From positions 1-48,190 of the forward strand of contig PHBN01000002.1 in NCBI GenBank assembly GCA_002840635.1: a DNA stretch of 48,190 bases, given 5' to 3'. The notes beneath the pieces are model-generated. The model searched no databases, was not told the origin of the DNA, and saw nothing but the letters and a program-made list of their open reading frames with translations. Made by a program: the position numbers and the translations under genes. The stretch is from Deltaproteobacteria bacterium HGW-Deltaproteobacteria-1. GTDB lineage: Bacteria; Desulfobacterota; Syntrophia; Syntrophales; Smithellaceae. Position 1 is the stretch's first letter. Each line of letters starts with the position of its first letter. Shown here one piece after another: positions 8,575-17,183 of this stretch.

Positions 8575-8619
8575 GTAAAAAACATAGACTAAATACAATA
8601 TCTAAGAGGAAACAACGGT

Positions 8620-8853
8620 ATGCAAATTAAAAACATAATCTTAGCTATTTTCATTGTTACCGTTCTTGTAGGTTGTGCCCATTACAAGACCACCTTGATC
8701 AATGCGCAGGGAGAGAAGGTGATATGCGAGGCAAACGGAAAGAGTGGCGCCATTAGTGGCTATCATCTGCGCCAAGGATTCGAGGCCTGCATCAACGCTG
8801 CAAAAGCCCAGGGATTCAAAGAAGTATCTCCAATGAATTTAAAACCCGAATGA
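8620..8853 (+). CDS. small lipoprotein (cassette ORF)
   Basis: 77 aa with the lipobox LVGC in MQIKNIILAIFIVTVLVGCAHY. An AGAGGA ribosome-binding site lies upstream. Confidence 0.7.
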   Translation: MQIKNIILAIFIVTVLVGCAHYKTTLINAQGEKVICEANGKSGAISGYHLRQGFEACINAAKAQGFKEVSPMNLKPE

Positions 8854-8896
8854 GATAAAGGCAGGGTTCCATCTAAATTGACATATGAACAAAAAC

Positions 8897-8952
8897 TTTT
8901 AACAAAATCAATACAACCGATCCGTACGATCCGGATGAATTATTTGTTATGT
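8897..8952 (+). repeat. attC site
   Basis: R'' is TTTTAAC at 8897-8903. The body is AATCAATACAACCGATCCGTACGATCCGGATGAAT. R' is GTTATGT at 8946-8952. Confidence 0.75.
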
Positions 8953-8972
8953 GGGGAAGGTGAGAATCTAGA

Positions 8973-9749
8973 ATGAATTATTCTTCAATTATAAATCAAT
9001 TTATAGGTGCGACATGGTATTTTATACTAATCATAATTTTGGTAATTATAATAAAATCTTCTCGGTTCAAAGGCATAACGGGCGAATTCATAGTAAACAT
9101 CTTGGCAAGGATGTTTCTAGATAAGCATGTATACCATCTCATCAAAAATGTGACATTACCAACCGAAAATGGAACGACTCAAATTGATCATATTATTGTT
9201 TCAAAATATGGCGTATTCGTGGTTGAAACAAAAAATATGAAAGGGTGGATTTATGGTGACCCTGACCATCAGACGTGGACTCAAAAGATATACAAGCATT
9301 CAACTAAATTCCAAAACCCTCTTCACCAAAACTACAAGCACCTAAAAACTCTTGAATCCCTTCTTGGACTGAATGATCAGCAGGTTCATTCATTGGTTGT
9401 TTTTGTTGGAGACAGCACTTTCAAAACGGAAATGCCAGAAAATGTAACATATGGCCGCGGTTATGTTCGATTTATCAAATCAAAAATACAGCCTGTCCTC
9501 TCTGAAACAGAGGTTGATGCAATCTTAAGTAAAATCGGCGCCGGCATGTTAACGCGCTCATTTAAAACCAACAGCGAGCATGTAAAACATGTCAACCATA
9601 TCGTAAGCGAAAAGAAGAAGGAAAATACGTGCCCAAGATGCGGTAGCCCCATGGTGTTGAGAGAAACGAAAAATGGTCAAAATGCCGGAAAACAGTTTTT
9701 GGGATGTTCAAGATATCCAAAATGCAAAGGTGTTTTAAATATCACATAA
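8973..9749 (+). CDS. NERD-domain nuclease-like protein with a C-terminal topoisomerase-type C4 zinc ribbon (cassette ORF)
   Basis: It has an N-terminal TM segment and the NERD core IDHIIVSKYGVFVVETKNMKGWIYG. The C-terminus CPRCGSPMVLRETKNGQNAGKQFLGCSRYPKCKG forms the zinc ribbon. The stop codon lies inside the attC R'' core. Confidence 0.85.
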   Translation: MNYSSIINQFIGATWYFILIIILVIIIKSSRFKGITGEFIVNILARMFLDKHVYHLIKNVTLPTENGTTQIDHIIVSKYGVFVVETKNMKGWIYGDPDHQTWTQKIYKHSTKFQNPLHQNYKHLKTLESLLGLNDQQVHSLVVFVGDSTFKTEMPENVTYGRGYVRFIKSKIQPVLSETEVDAILSKIGAGMLTRSFKTNSEHVKHVNHIVSEKKKENTCPRCGSPMVLRETKNGQNAGKQFLGCSRYPKCKGVLNIT

Positions 9750-9808
9750 CCCATCGCTAAGTCTGATCGCGGTCCTGTGGGTCGCTCCGGCTTAACTTTT
9801 CGTTACAC
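9744..9808 (+). repeat. attC site
   Basis: R'' is ACATAAC at 9744-9750, the exact reverse complement of the junction GTTATGT at 8946. R' is GTTACAC at 9802-9808. Confidence 0.8.
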
Positions 9809-9872
9809 CTTTCAAATAGATACAGCAGCTTAGGACACTCAACGAAAGCAACAATTAGACAAAGTTTTTTAA

Positions 9873-10607
9873 ATGGGATGGGACAAATTGATAATTGACA
9901 CAAATTTTAATTTCTACTCCGATTCAAATGGCGGTGACCCTGACAGCACCAGTCCAACACTTCGTAGATACCATAAGATGCTATGGAGTAAACCATTGCC
10001 AAATGGCAGCCTATTTGAATTATTTGACAATAAAAATGATGCTTATTTATATCATAAATCAGGACTTGGAGAATTTTTTTTTGGTAGCGATGCCATAACA
10101 CACTTGTATAAAAATCATAAGAGGAAGCAGTGGCTTACAGAACAAATTCCCAGAGAAGTAAATGAACTTTTTGATACAGGTTCTACTATTGGAGCTTATA
10201 TTGTTTTCCCAAATAGAATTGACTGCAAGCATACAATCAATCAGGCGCGTGGAGTAAATAGTTTAATTGATGATAGATTTGACTTAACGTTAGAATGTAT
10301 TCGTCTTTTTTATCTGGGCCAAGAGAATCCTCTTTATTCCAGTTTATTGAGATATAAAGAATTCTTCGATTTGTTTAGCGATTTTATGGGCTACATCCAT
10401 TTCTTCTTATTGGATGATTTGATTGATGAAAATAGTGATATTAGATTTTATTTGCCATTTGATGGCTTCAAAACTCGTCCAACATTTTCAGATATTGGCC
10501 AATATCTATTATACAAAAAAGGAGTAATAAATTTTATTAAGTCAAGAAATAAACGAATAGAAAATTATATAAAACCACAAAAGACCGAGCATGATACCAG
10601 CACATAA
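9873..10607 (+). CDS. hypothetical protein (cassette ORF)
   Basis: 244-aa ORF whose stop lies inside the next attC R'' core. No motif I can name with confidence. Confidence 0.7.
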   Translation: MGWDKLIIDTNFNFYSDSNGGDPDSTSPTLRRYHKMLWSKPLPNGSLFELFDNKNDAYLYHKSGLGEFFFGSDAITHLYKNHKRKQWLTEQIPREVNELFDTGSTIGAYIVFPNRIDCKHTINQARGVNSLIDDRFDLTLECIRLFYLGQENPLYSSLLRYKEFFDLFSDFMGYIHFFLLDDLIDENSDIRFYLPFDGFKTRPTFSDIGQYLLYKKGVINFIKSRNKRIENYIKPQKTEHDTST

Positions 10608-10674
10608 CAAGGCGCTTCACTCGGACGGCAATTCCGCTGCGCTCCATTGCCGCCAGTGAGCTTGGTCGTAAACC
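10602..10674 (+). repeat. attC site (last recognisable; R' core non-canonical)
   Basis: R'' is ACATAAC at 10602-10608. The arms GCGCTTCACTCGGACGGCAA / TTGCCGCCAGTGAGC are close homologues of the attC at 6223. The R' position reads GTAAACC at 10668-10674. Confidence 0.7.
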
Positions 10675-11049
10675 TTTCAATTGGAAAGAAACACTTAACC
10701 AGACACAACAGTATTGCGACATTGTAGGTGGCGTCAGCAATAGGCGTCCCTATTTTCTTCTTCAGAATCATCCACAAAGTACTGGTTGTAAGGTTGAGTT
10801 TTTGGACATTGGATGCGACTTACAGGATGAAAGATGCGAATGGCTGATAACTGATTTTCCGCTTCTGCTGCTGGCCGCTGCCTTACTGTAAGAGAGTGTG
10901 TAAAATTTTTTACTGATGTTATTTCTTTATGTTGTGAAAGAAATACTTTCACAATAACCTTAATGTTTGCTTAACAAATAAGTTTTCAGTTTGGTGTTTT
11001 TTTACCAAAACAACGATGTAGTGTTCAACAGAAAAGGTGCCCCGAGTAA

Positions 11050-11095
11050 ATTCCTATATTCCTATATTTGTATAGCAATATATGGATATAGGAAT
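11050..11095. promoter_or_regulatory. operator-like repeat set: TCCTATAT twice in tandem plus one inverted copy
   Basis: ATTCCTATAT at 11050-11059 and ATATAGGAAT at 11086-11095 form a perfect 10-bp inverted repeat. TCCTATAT is tandemly repeated at 11052-11067. The set lies ~80 nt upstream of the ORF at 11173. Confidence 0.4.
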
Positions 11096-11172
11096 AACCA
11101 TTTGTCCCTGCCTGAAAAAACTGAGCCTTTTTTTAATTGAATTTTACCTGATAATAATGGATAATACAGCAA

Positions 11173-11502
11173 ATGAATAAAATTAAAGTATCCGTCATAA
11201 TGATTACTATATGGCTCGTGCTCGGGCTATATACTGCATTTGTGGCGATGTGTTATTTTAATTGGTTTGTCACGCGCATCCTAAATGTCAATAATGCAAG
11301 TTATCTGGAAATGCTTGGCATTGTCTGGCTATTTGGACTCTTTAAAGATAGGACCAAAAGTGTAGAACATAATAACAAGATCGATTATGAGAAACATCCG
11401 ACAATCTTCTGGGAACAAGTTTTCATAGGAGTGTTTGAGTTGATAGCAAATAATACCCTGATCTTTGCCATCGGTTATGGACTGCATCTCCTGATTAAAT
11501 AG
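11173..11502 (+). CDS. small membrane protein
   Basis: 109 aa with three hydrophobic helices. No attC follows it. Confidence 0.5.
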   Translation: MNKIKVSVIMITIWLVLGLYTAFVAMCYFNWFVTRILNVNNASYLEMLGIVWLFGLFKDRTKSVEHNNKIDYEKHPTIFWEQVFIGVFELIANNTLIFAIGYGLHLLIK

Positions 11503-12015
11503 CTAAATGAACTTAATGAAAACGTTGGGACAGTAGTGGAAAATCATGAAAGTTAAAGAAAAAGTGATGGCGGAGTTTCGTACAGTCCCCTTACGGGTAA
11601 TTCATGGAGCCAAGATAGGGAGAGCAGCTCTCAATAACCCGGATCTTCCGATTGAGTTCATACGGGACATACTGGTAGCCAGAAAACAAGGTGACTATAC
11701 GCCATTCAAGTTCGGTGCGGAATGAACATGGTTGACATGATACTTTAAAAAATAGCTATAAGATGTCGTTGGATGGAGTTTTCTTGACATAAGGTGTAAA
11801 GACGATAACGAGTGCAATAGCTGAAACAAACAAAACATCAGCTTCTTAGAATATACTACTACCTTTCAAGTAATCATCAAATCCAGCCACAGGCAGTCAT
11901 CGAATATTAGGTAGGTGGAAGAGATTGCTGAGATAGGACTTAATTGGACAATGTCTGTTAAGTCAAGTGTAAGTCGGGACAATTAATGCATTCCAGAGGA
12001 AATGACCACTTACCT

Positions 12016-13944
12016 TCAAATATAATAATAAAGAGGTAACTCCAATGCAATATCCCATTTTTTATAAACATACAGTTTATAACTACCCTCATACCCGGAT
12101 GGCCCCCACATAGGAATTATGCCCTTTTTATCTAAACAGTTAATCAAATGACTAGGCGACACATTCCATACCTTTACGATGTCCTTTGCGAAAACAGTTG
12201 TGGCAATGAATTTATTCAACGATTGGAAGGAAATTTTGGTAATATAATGGCGACCCTTCTTGCTAACTTGTTTGATCTTCTGCAACAGTCTCCTCTTCAT
12301 AAAGAAATGCACTGTTTCTTCTTTGACTTTCAGTATTTCTGCTGCCTTCTTTAGAGTGAGAAACCTTTCTTTCCCGGCCTTGTTCTCCATTGCACAACAA
12401 TCTCTGATTTGTTTCTCGCTGATAACAAAACCTGCGTTTTTTTCTTCGTTAGTTTTTCCAAAAGGAACTATTTCACCGTTGCGAATTAATTGCACAAAGT
12501 AGCGTGCCCGAAAGTGCAGAGGAGAGAATCTTTTGGCTGTTGCCTGAAATCTTAGTTCTTTCGATGAATCCATATCATCGTTATCAAAAATTCTATACTC
12601 AATATCTCTCAATAAATCCTTTATGTTTTCGATATCAAATTTCCAGCTTTTGCGATGATCAACACCTGGCCCTTGTTTAGGTCGTACACAACCTAATTGT
12701 ATTAAATCTGACAATACTTTTTTGCCAATGCCCAATCGTTCAGTTACATCCTTAAATAGAAGGAGAGTCCTGCTTTCAGTCTTGGTAGATGTGCGTTGCG
12801 GTCTGATTAAAAATCTCTTTTCTATCGGTTTTTTTTCACCGAAATAATTTAATTCCGCATCGATATCAGTTTTTCGACCAGACGTATGAAAACGGTGAGT
12901 GAAACAGATACTGTGATTGGAAATCAACCAGTTTTCAGAGACAATGTGTTTTCGGTTGAGAGAGTCAGTGGAAAAGTAGCCACCGTCCCAGCGATTCATC
13001 AAATAGTGCTTATACTCGTCTCTCATGAAATCAAATTGTTTGGATGTTAATTCATTGTGCAATGCTCTGTGAAAAGCTCTAAATTCTCTTCCTATCCCTC
13101 TGGGTGTCCTGATATTTGGGTTCTGGCCTCTGATATGTTCTAAAAATTCGTAGTAATTGTTCGGCCAATCGTCAAAAACGTGATAAGCTTTCAAGAGAAG
13201 CTGGTGAATTTGTGAGTTTGTCAGAATCGATCCTTTATAATGCATACCATAACGATCATATCGACTTGCCACTGCAAAAATTGCGGAAGTTACGCCTTCC
13301 AGACTGAGTCTGGAGAGTGCATTAATCGATTCACTATCTTCGTAAGTATTTGTCGTCAAGTTGCAAAGCTGGTATATCAACAGGGAGAGTGACGTTTCAT
13401 GTTTTTCAACGATGGGCGGAGATATGTCGAGCCAATTGCACCCACATCGACAGGCGCCAAGCTCCCTCCTGTTCCATGATATAGCCTTCCTGCAGTTGGG
13501 GCATTTGTCCAGAAGGACTATTTTATGATTGGGACAGATGGTTACCGGAACAAGGTCCCACGCCCAGCGTATGTATCCGGTTTCGCGGATGCATGCCGGA
13601 CATATCTTCGGATGCGCCAACCTTAGAAGGCAGCGCATTATTACTCCACCACAAGAAATCAATTTTACATTAGAGGTGCTTCCCCGTCTTGAAGCTGGTT
13701 GATACATCAGCGCCTTCAAGGCATTGACAGAGACACCAAAAAACGGTGCGAGAGGGGAAATATCTATGGATTTTGTAAAATAGTTTGTGAAGAGCTTCTT
13801 CTGGACAATTTTGCTTATTAGCCACTGGGGATTTTCATACCCGTTGATTTCTGAGATCCTCAGAACGTAACCCAGAAAATTCTCATCTGGCATGGGTCTT
13901 GGTGTCCTTAATAGTTTTAAAGATTCTGCCATGTGGGTGTTCAC
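12016..13944 (-). CDS. tniQ: TniQ/TnsD-like target-selection protein (642 aa)
   Basis: The N-terminal TniQ signature is PRPMPDENFLGYVLRISEINGY. A Cys-rich zinc ribbon reads CPACIRETGY...CPNHKIVLLDKCPNCRK. The long C-terminal extension has HTH-like stretches (VTERLGIGKKVLSDLIQLGCV and LKKAAEILKVKEETVHFFMKRRLL). The start overlaps the tnsC stop. Confidence 0.85.
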   Translation of the reverse strand: MNTHMAESLKLLRTPRPMPDENFLGYVLRISEINGYENPQWLISKIVQKKLFTNYFTKSIDISPLAPFFGVSVNALKALMYQPASRRGSTSNVKLISCGGVIMRCLLRLAHPKICPACIRETGYIRWAWDLVPVTICPNHKIVLLDKCPNCRKAISWNRRELGACRCGCNWLDISPPIVEKHETSLSLLIYQLCNLTTNTYEDSESINALSRLSLEGVTSAIFAVASRYDRYGMHYKGSILTNSQIHQLLLKAYHVFDDWPNNYYEFLEHIRGQNPNIRTPRGIGREFRAFHRALHNELTSKQFDFMRDEYKHYLMNRWDGGYFSTDSLNRKHIVSENWLISNHSICFTHRFHTSGRKTDIDAELNYFGEKKPIEKRFLIRPQRTSTKTESRTLLLFKDVTERLGIGKKVLSDLIQLGCVRPKQGPGVDHRKSWKFDIENIKDLLRDIEYRIFDNDDMDSSKELRFQATAKRFSPLHFRARYFVQLIRNGEIVPFGKTNEEKNAGFVISEKQIRDCCAMENKAGKERFLTLKKAAEILKVKEETVHFFMKRRLLQKIKQVSKKGRHYITKISFQSLNKFIATTVFAKDIVKVWNVSPSHLINCLDKKGIIPMWGPSGYEGSYKLYVYKKWDIALELPLYYYI

Positions 13945-14945
13945 CTGCGCAGTATTTCCGCCACGCGTCTTTTGCCTCCGTGCCTTGCGGCGTCGGATGA
14001 ATTGTGGAATGACTGTTCCAGCGATGGAATATTTAGGTTTTCATGGTCTACCAGGAAGGGATTGGACATCGTGTTGCTCAATGCGAGCTCATCGTTGTAG
14101 GCTAAGGCAAGCGCTTCTGTGGTTACGCGATCGAGATTTTTCACGTAAGCGATTTCAGCAGCTTTGCTGATCAATTTTTTTATGTACGATACTACTCCTT
14201 TTGTGGCACAGAATATCCGCAATGCAATTTCATTCGAATGCAGAATCGATGGCTGTGGAAAAAATGTTGCTTTCTCTATCATGATCAAGAACCGGAGAAA
14301 ATCGTCTCGCTCTTTCACTGGATTCCAGTTGAAGGCCTTGAGTTCACATATATTCGCAAACCTTCTCATGAGTTGGGGGTTTACCGTCAATATTGAGTTG
14401 GCATTTGGCATGCCCATCAGCACTATGGGGACCTTTGTTCGGTTTAAGACGTCTTTCAGCCAGTCGGCCGTTGACCTCAACACCCTGTCGGAGTCTCGGT
14501 CGATCAAATGCTGAAACTCGTCGAGAATAATTAGTTCGACTTTACACTCTTTTATCAGCCTGCAAAGTCGGCTGGTCATGTTGATTGTCGTCCCTCTGTC
14601 GTACAAGGGGTCGCCGAGGTCCTCAAGGAGCCTGCATGCTAGGCCCTTGATGGTTGCGTTCGACGGGATCATCGAGTAAAACACGGGAACGGTGGTTCCG
14701 TCTTTGGAGACCACCCTCGCGTATTGCCCCACGTAATGGTTAGCTATGGTGGTCTTGCCATACCCTGTATTGCCTATGAGCAGCATGCATTTCGGTTCGG
14801 TCGTGAGTTTCGACCTTTCATGGCATTCCCTTATCATGGCTATTGCCTGTTTGAAGGATGGAGAGAGGACTATTGTGTTTTCTATGTGTCTTATCTTTTT
14901 GTTGATCGACATCCCTGTTTCTTCCACTGCCTGGTATTGTCGCAT
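13941..14945 (-). CDS. tnsC: TnsC/TniB-like AAA+ ATPase (334 aa, short TniB-sized form)
   Basis: Walker A is LLIGNTGYGKTT and Walker B is LIILDEFQHL. AAGGAGGG lies upstream of the ATG at 14945. Confidence 0.9.
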   Translation of the reverse strand: MRQYQAVEETGMSINKKIRHIENTIVLSPSFKQAIAMIRECHERSKLTTEPKCMLLIGNTGYGKTTIANHYVGQYARVVSKDGTTVPVFYSMIPSNATIKGLACRLLEDLGDPLYDRGTTINMTSRLCRLIKECKVELIILDEFQHLIDRDSDRVLRSTADWLKDVLNRTKVPIVLMGMPNANSILTVNPQLMRRFANICELKAFNWNPVKERDDFLRFLIMIEKATFFPQPSILHSNEIALRIFCATKGVVSYIKKLISKAAEIAYVKNLDRVTTEALALAYNDELALSNTMSNPFLVDHENLNIPSLEQSFHNSSDAARHGGKRRVAEILRR

Positions 14946-14963
14946 CTCATACTCCCTCCTTTC

Positions 14964-17183
14964 CTACCGCTTGACATAGCCTAATTCCCAGCCTGTCAGG
15001 TCGAGCTTTTCCGAAGGATCTTCTTTCGCCTTTACTGTCGCGGGATTCTGCACATCTTCCGTTTGTTTGTTTTTTTGCCCCTTTTTTCTTGATGCCCCAA
15101 CTTTTTTCTTACCCTTCTGTTTTATTGTTTCAATCGTCATGGTGTCCTCCTTACCGACACTGGAAACATTTGTTTCGTTGCCCGTTTCCGCTTTAATTAT
15201 TGTGGTTTGCGGTAAATCTGAAATTCCTTTGTGCAGACCGGACTCCTTCTTTATCATCTCGACCATGGACTGGTCTCCCTGACACTGGGGTTCCGTCGAA
15301 TCCTGATCGGCAACGCGGGGCTTTTCCCGTTCAAGAACGCCGCGGCTATCTGACGACAACCACCGGGCCATCTTTACACGGGTCTCGCTTTTGCCGGTTC
15401 TATGCCACGCGTCCTCCACGATGCGTTGTATTTCTTCCTTCGCGATGCATAAGTCCACCATATCGAAATTTGCCTTTATGTGTTCGCGCGTGTGCTTTCT
15501 TATGACATCGTGCTGCCAGAGTGTAAGTCCGCTGGTGTATTTTTGATTGACGGCGCGGACAGCGAAGAATTTTTTAGTCAATGTGTCGATTACGTATATC
15601 AAGGACAAGTCTTCCGGGTCGTATTTGATCTTGACTTTTCCGTCCGCCTGATTTTGACGGCGGAATTTGTTTAGATTGTCGTCATTGTAAAAAATACCCT
15701 TGAATTCAATGCCAGATCTTGTGATGGTCCGCTCTGCCGTCATCCCGGTCATCACGCGCAAATCCTCCACACTCGCGGGCAGGGATGGCGGATAAATTTC
15801 TATCCCCTTCTCCCAGATCAGATATGGCAAAGATTTTAATCCTTTGTGGGGTTCCCTGTTGTACACGTCGATGACCCATTTGTGCACAATAAGTTGCAAT
15901 GTCGGCATGTCGATCGTCGCATTTTTCATCGGGTCGTAGTCTGCTTTGTCGAAAATATTGGAAAAAGTAGTTCCCGGTTGGTTATGCAGGAGACTCATGT
16001 TGAGTGTCCTAAAGTAACGTTCCACCGTCCCCTTATACCAGGCCAATTTTACCGGCGCATACTGGATAACGATGCCGAGTTGCAGGCAGGCATCTTCGAG
16101 GTCATTACTCCAGAATTCTTTTCCGTTGTCGACAACCAGTGTGCCAATCAGGCCGTATGTGTTCCATTTTTGGTTGATCGCCTTGAATTCCTCTTCGACA
16201 TAATTCTTCGGCATGATGGCATTCTGTAAACACTTCATAACCGACAAATAGGAAGGTGGATTAAAACTGATATAAAAGCCCAGAACACATTTCGAGTAAA
16301 CATCTATCGCGGAGGTCAGCCAGGGTCGGCCTATCGGCATCCTCCTTTCGCCGTCCACGATAAAAAGGTCGAGTTTGGTATGATCGATCTCGACCCTTTC
16401 CAACGGATGGGATGGCTCCGGCCCTTGCTGCTGGGGCTTGAATTGGCGATCCGCCGCCAGTTTCCCATAGCGCGATCTCATCACTTCGTAGGGATCCAGT
16501 TTTTTTATAGCGCGGTAGACAAGCCAATATGAAGGGATCTTCAATTTGTTTTCGGCTCGCAGTTTGTTTTGTCGACCGAATTCTCCGACGACGGCCTCGT
16601 ACACAACTTTAACGCTGGTGCGGGGCTGGTTAAGGTATCGTTCCCTGATAATTCCGTCCATTAAATTTAGTTCCTCTTGCGTGAAATGGCTTTTTGTATT
16701 TCCTCTGCGGTTGAACATGGGGATCAGTGCCCTTACGTTGCCGCCGGACCGATGGTAGTCCCTGAACCATCTGTATACCTGAATTCCCGAGGGATGATTC
16801 GGATCGTTAATCTCATGGCTTATTTCTTTGACGAGTTGATCGAACTCACTTGTTGTGAGTTTTACTTTTCCCTTTTTAATACGGCTGACATATGCATGTC
16901 TCCTTCTTAGTTGTTCTCTCTCTGTGCCAGAGAGAGCTGATATGTCGGCCTCTTGTAGAGTTCCCATTTTCCGGGTCGCGAACAACTCCGTTTGGGGATC
17001 GTGAAGAAGGCGCAGATCACCTCGGGAATAAATATCGAGCAGGTTCTCAACTGGTCGTTTCATGCATGTATTGGTGGCGACATCCATTAGTCGCAGACTG
17101 TCGTCGCTCAAAACCAAATCGACAATATGCTCTCTTCCGCCGATGAGCATGCGCTGTCCTGTTTTGAATCCCATAGGGTTCAT
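14964..17183 (-). CDS. tnsB: TnsB-type DDE (Mu/rve-like) transposase
   Basis: The rve-type core includes VEIDHTKLDLFIVD, VVDNGKEF and WYKGTVERYF. The preferred start is the ATG at 17183-17181 (GGAGGAAAAGAT upstream), which overlaps the tnsA stop as ATGA. The ORF-track start at 17222 is also possible. Confidence 0.9.
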   Translation of the reverse strand: MNPMGFKTGQRMLIGGREHIVDLVLSDDSLRLMDVATNTCMKRPVENLLDIYSRGDLRLLHDPQTELFATRKMGTLQEADISALSGTEREQLRRRHAYVSRIKKGKVKLTTSEFDQLVKEISHEINDPNHPSGIQVYRWFRDYHRSGGNVRALIPMFNRRGNTKSHFTQEELNLMDGIIRERYLNQPRTSVKVVYEAVVGEFGRQNKLRAENKLKIPSYWLVYRAIKKLDPYEVMRSRYGKLAADRQFKPQQQGPEPSHPLERVEIDHTKLDLFIVDGERRMPIGRPWLTSAIDVYSKCVLGFYISFNPPSYLSVMKCLQNAIMPKNYVEEEFKAINQKWNTYGLIGTLVVDNGKEFWSNDLEDACLQLGIVIQYAPVKLAWYKGTVERYFRTLNMSLLHNQPGTTFSNIFDKADYDPMKNATIDMPTLQLIVHKWVIDVYNREPHKGLKSLPYLIWEKGIEIYPPSLPASVEDLRVMTGMTAERTITRSGIEFKGIFYNDDNLNKFRRQNQADGKVKIKYDPEDLSLIYVIDTLTKKFFAVRAVNQKYTSGLTLWQHDVIRKHTREHIKANFDMVDLCIAKEEIQRIVEDAWHRTGKSETRVKMARWLSSDSRGVLEREKPRVADQDSTEPQCQGDQSMVEMIKKESGLHKGISDLPQTTIIKAETGNETNVSSVGKEDTMTIETIKQKGKKKVGASRKKGQKNKQTEDVQNPATVKAKEDPSEKLDLTGWELGYVKR

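Larger units (their letters stand above)
809..10674 (+). mobile_element. Integron-type gene-cassette array (13 attC-like sites, no integrase or attI in the window)
   Basis: All ORFs are co-directional and each is followed by a 55-75 nt imperfect palindrome with RYYYAAC...GTTRRRY-type cores. For six cassettes the first 6 nt are the exact reverse complement of the R'' core of their own attC. Details are in the findings. Confidence 0.85.

Noticed and set aside
10537-10952. Minus-strand ORFs of 67-72 aa after the last cassette, considered as an inverted toxin-antitoxin-type cassette or an intI remnant
   Set aside because: Two of them run through the attC at 10602-10674. The third (10734-10952) has no ribosome-binding site, no motif, and no flanking attC.
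11546-11725. 59-codon plus-strand ORF between the membrane-protein gene and tniQ
   Set aside because: It is below the size cutoff, with no ribosome-binding site or motif. The attC-like elements nearby (GAATGAAC...GTTGGAT, 11719-11782) have asymmetric, unconvincing stems.
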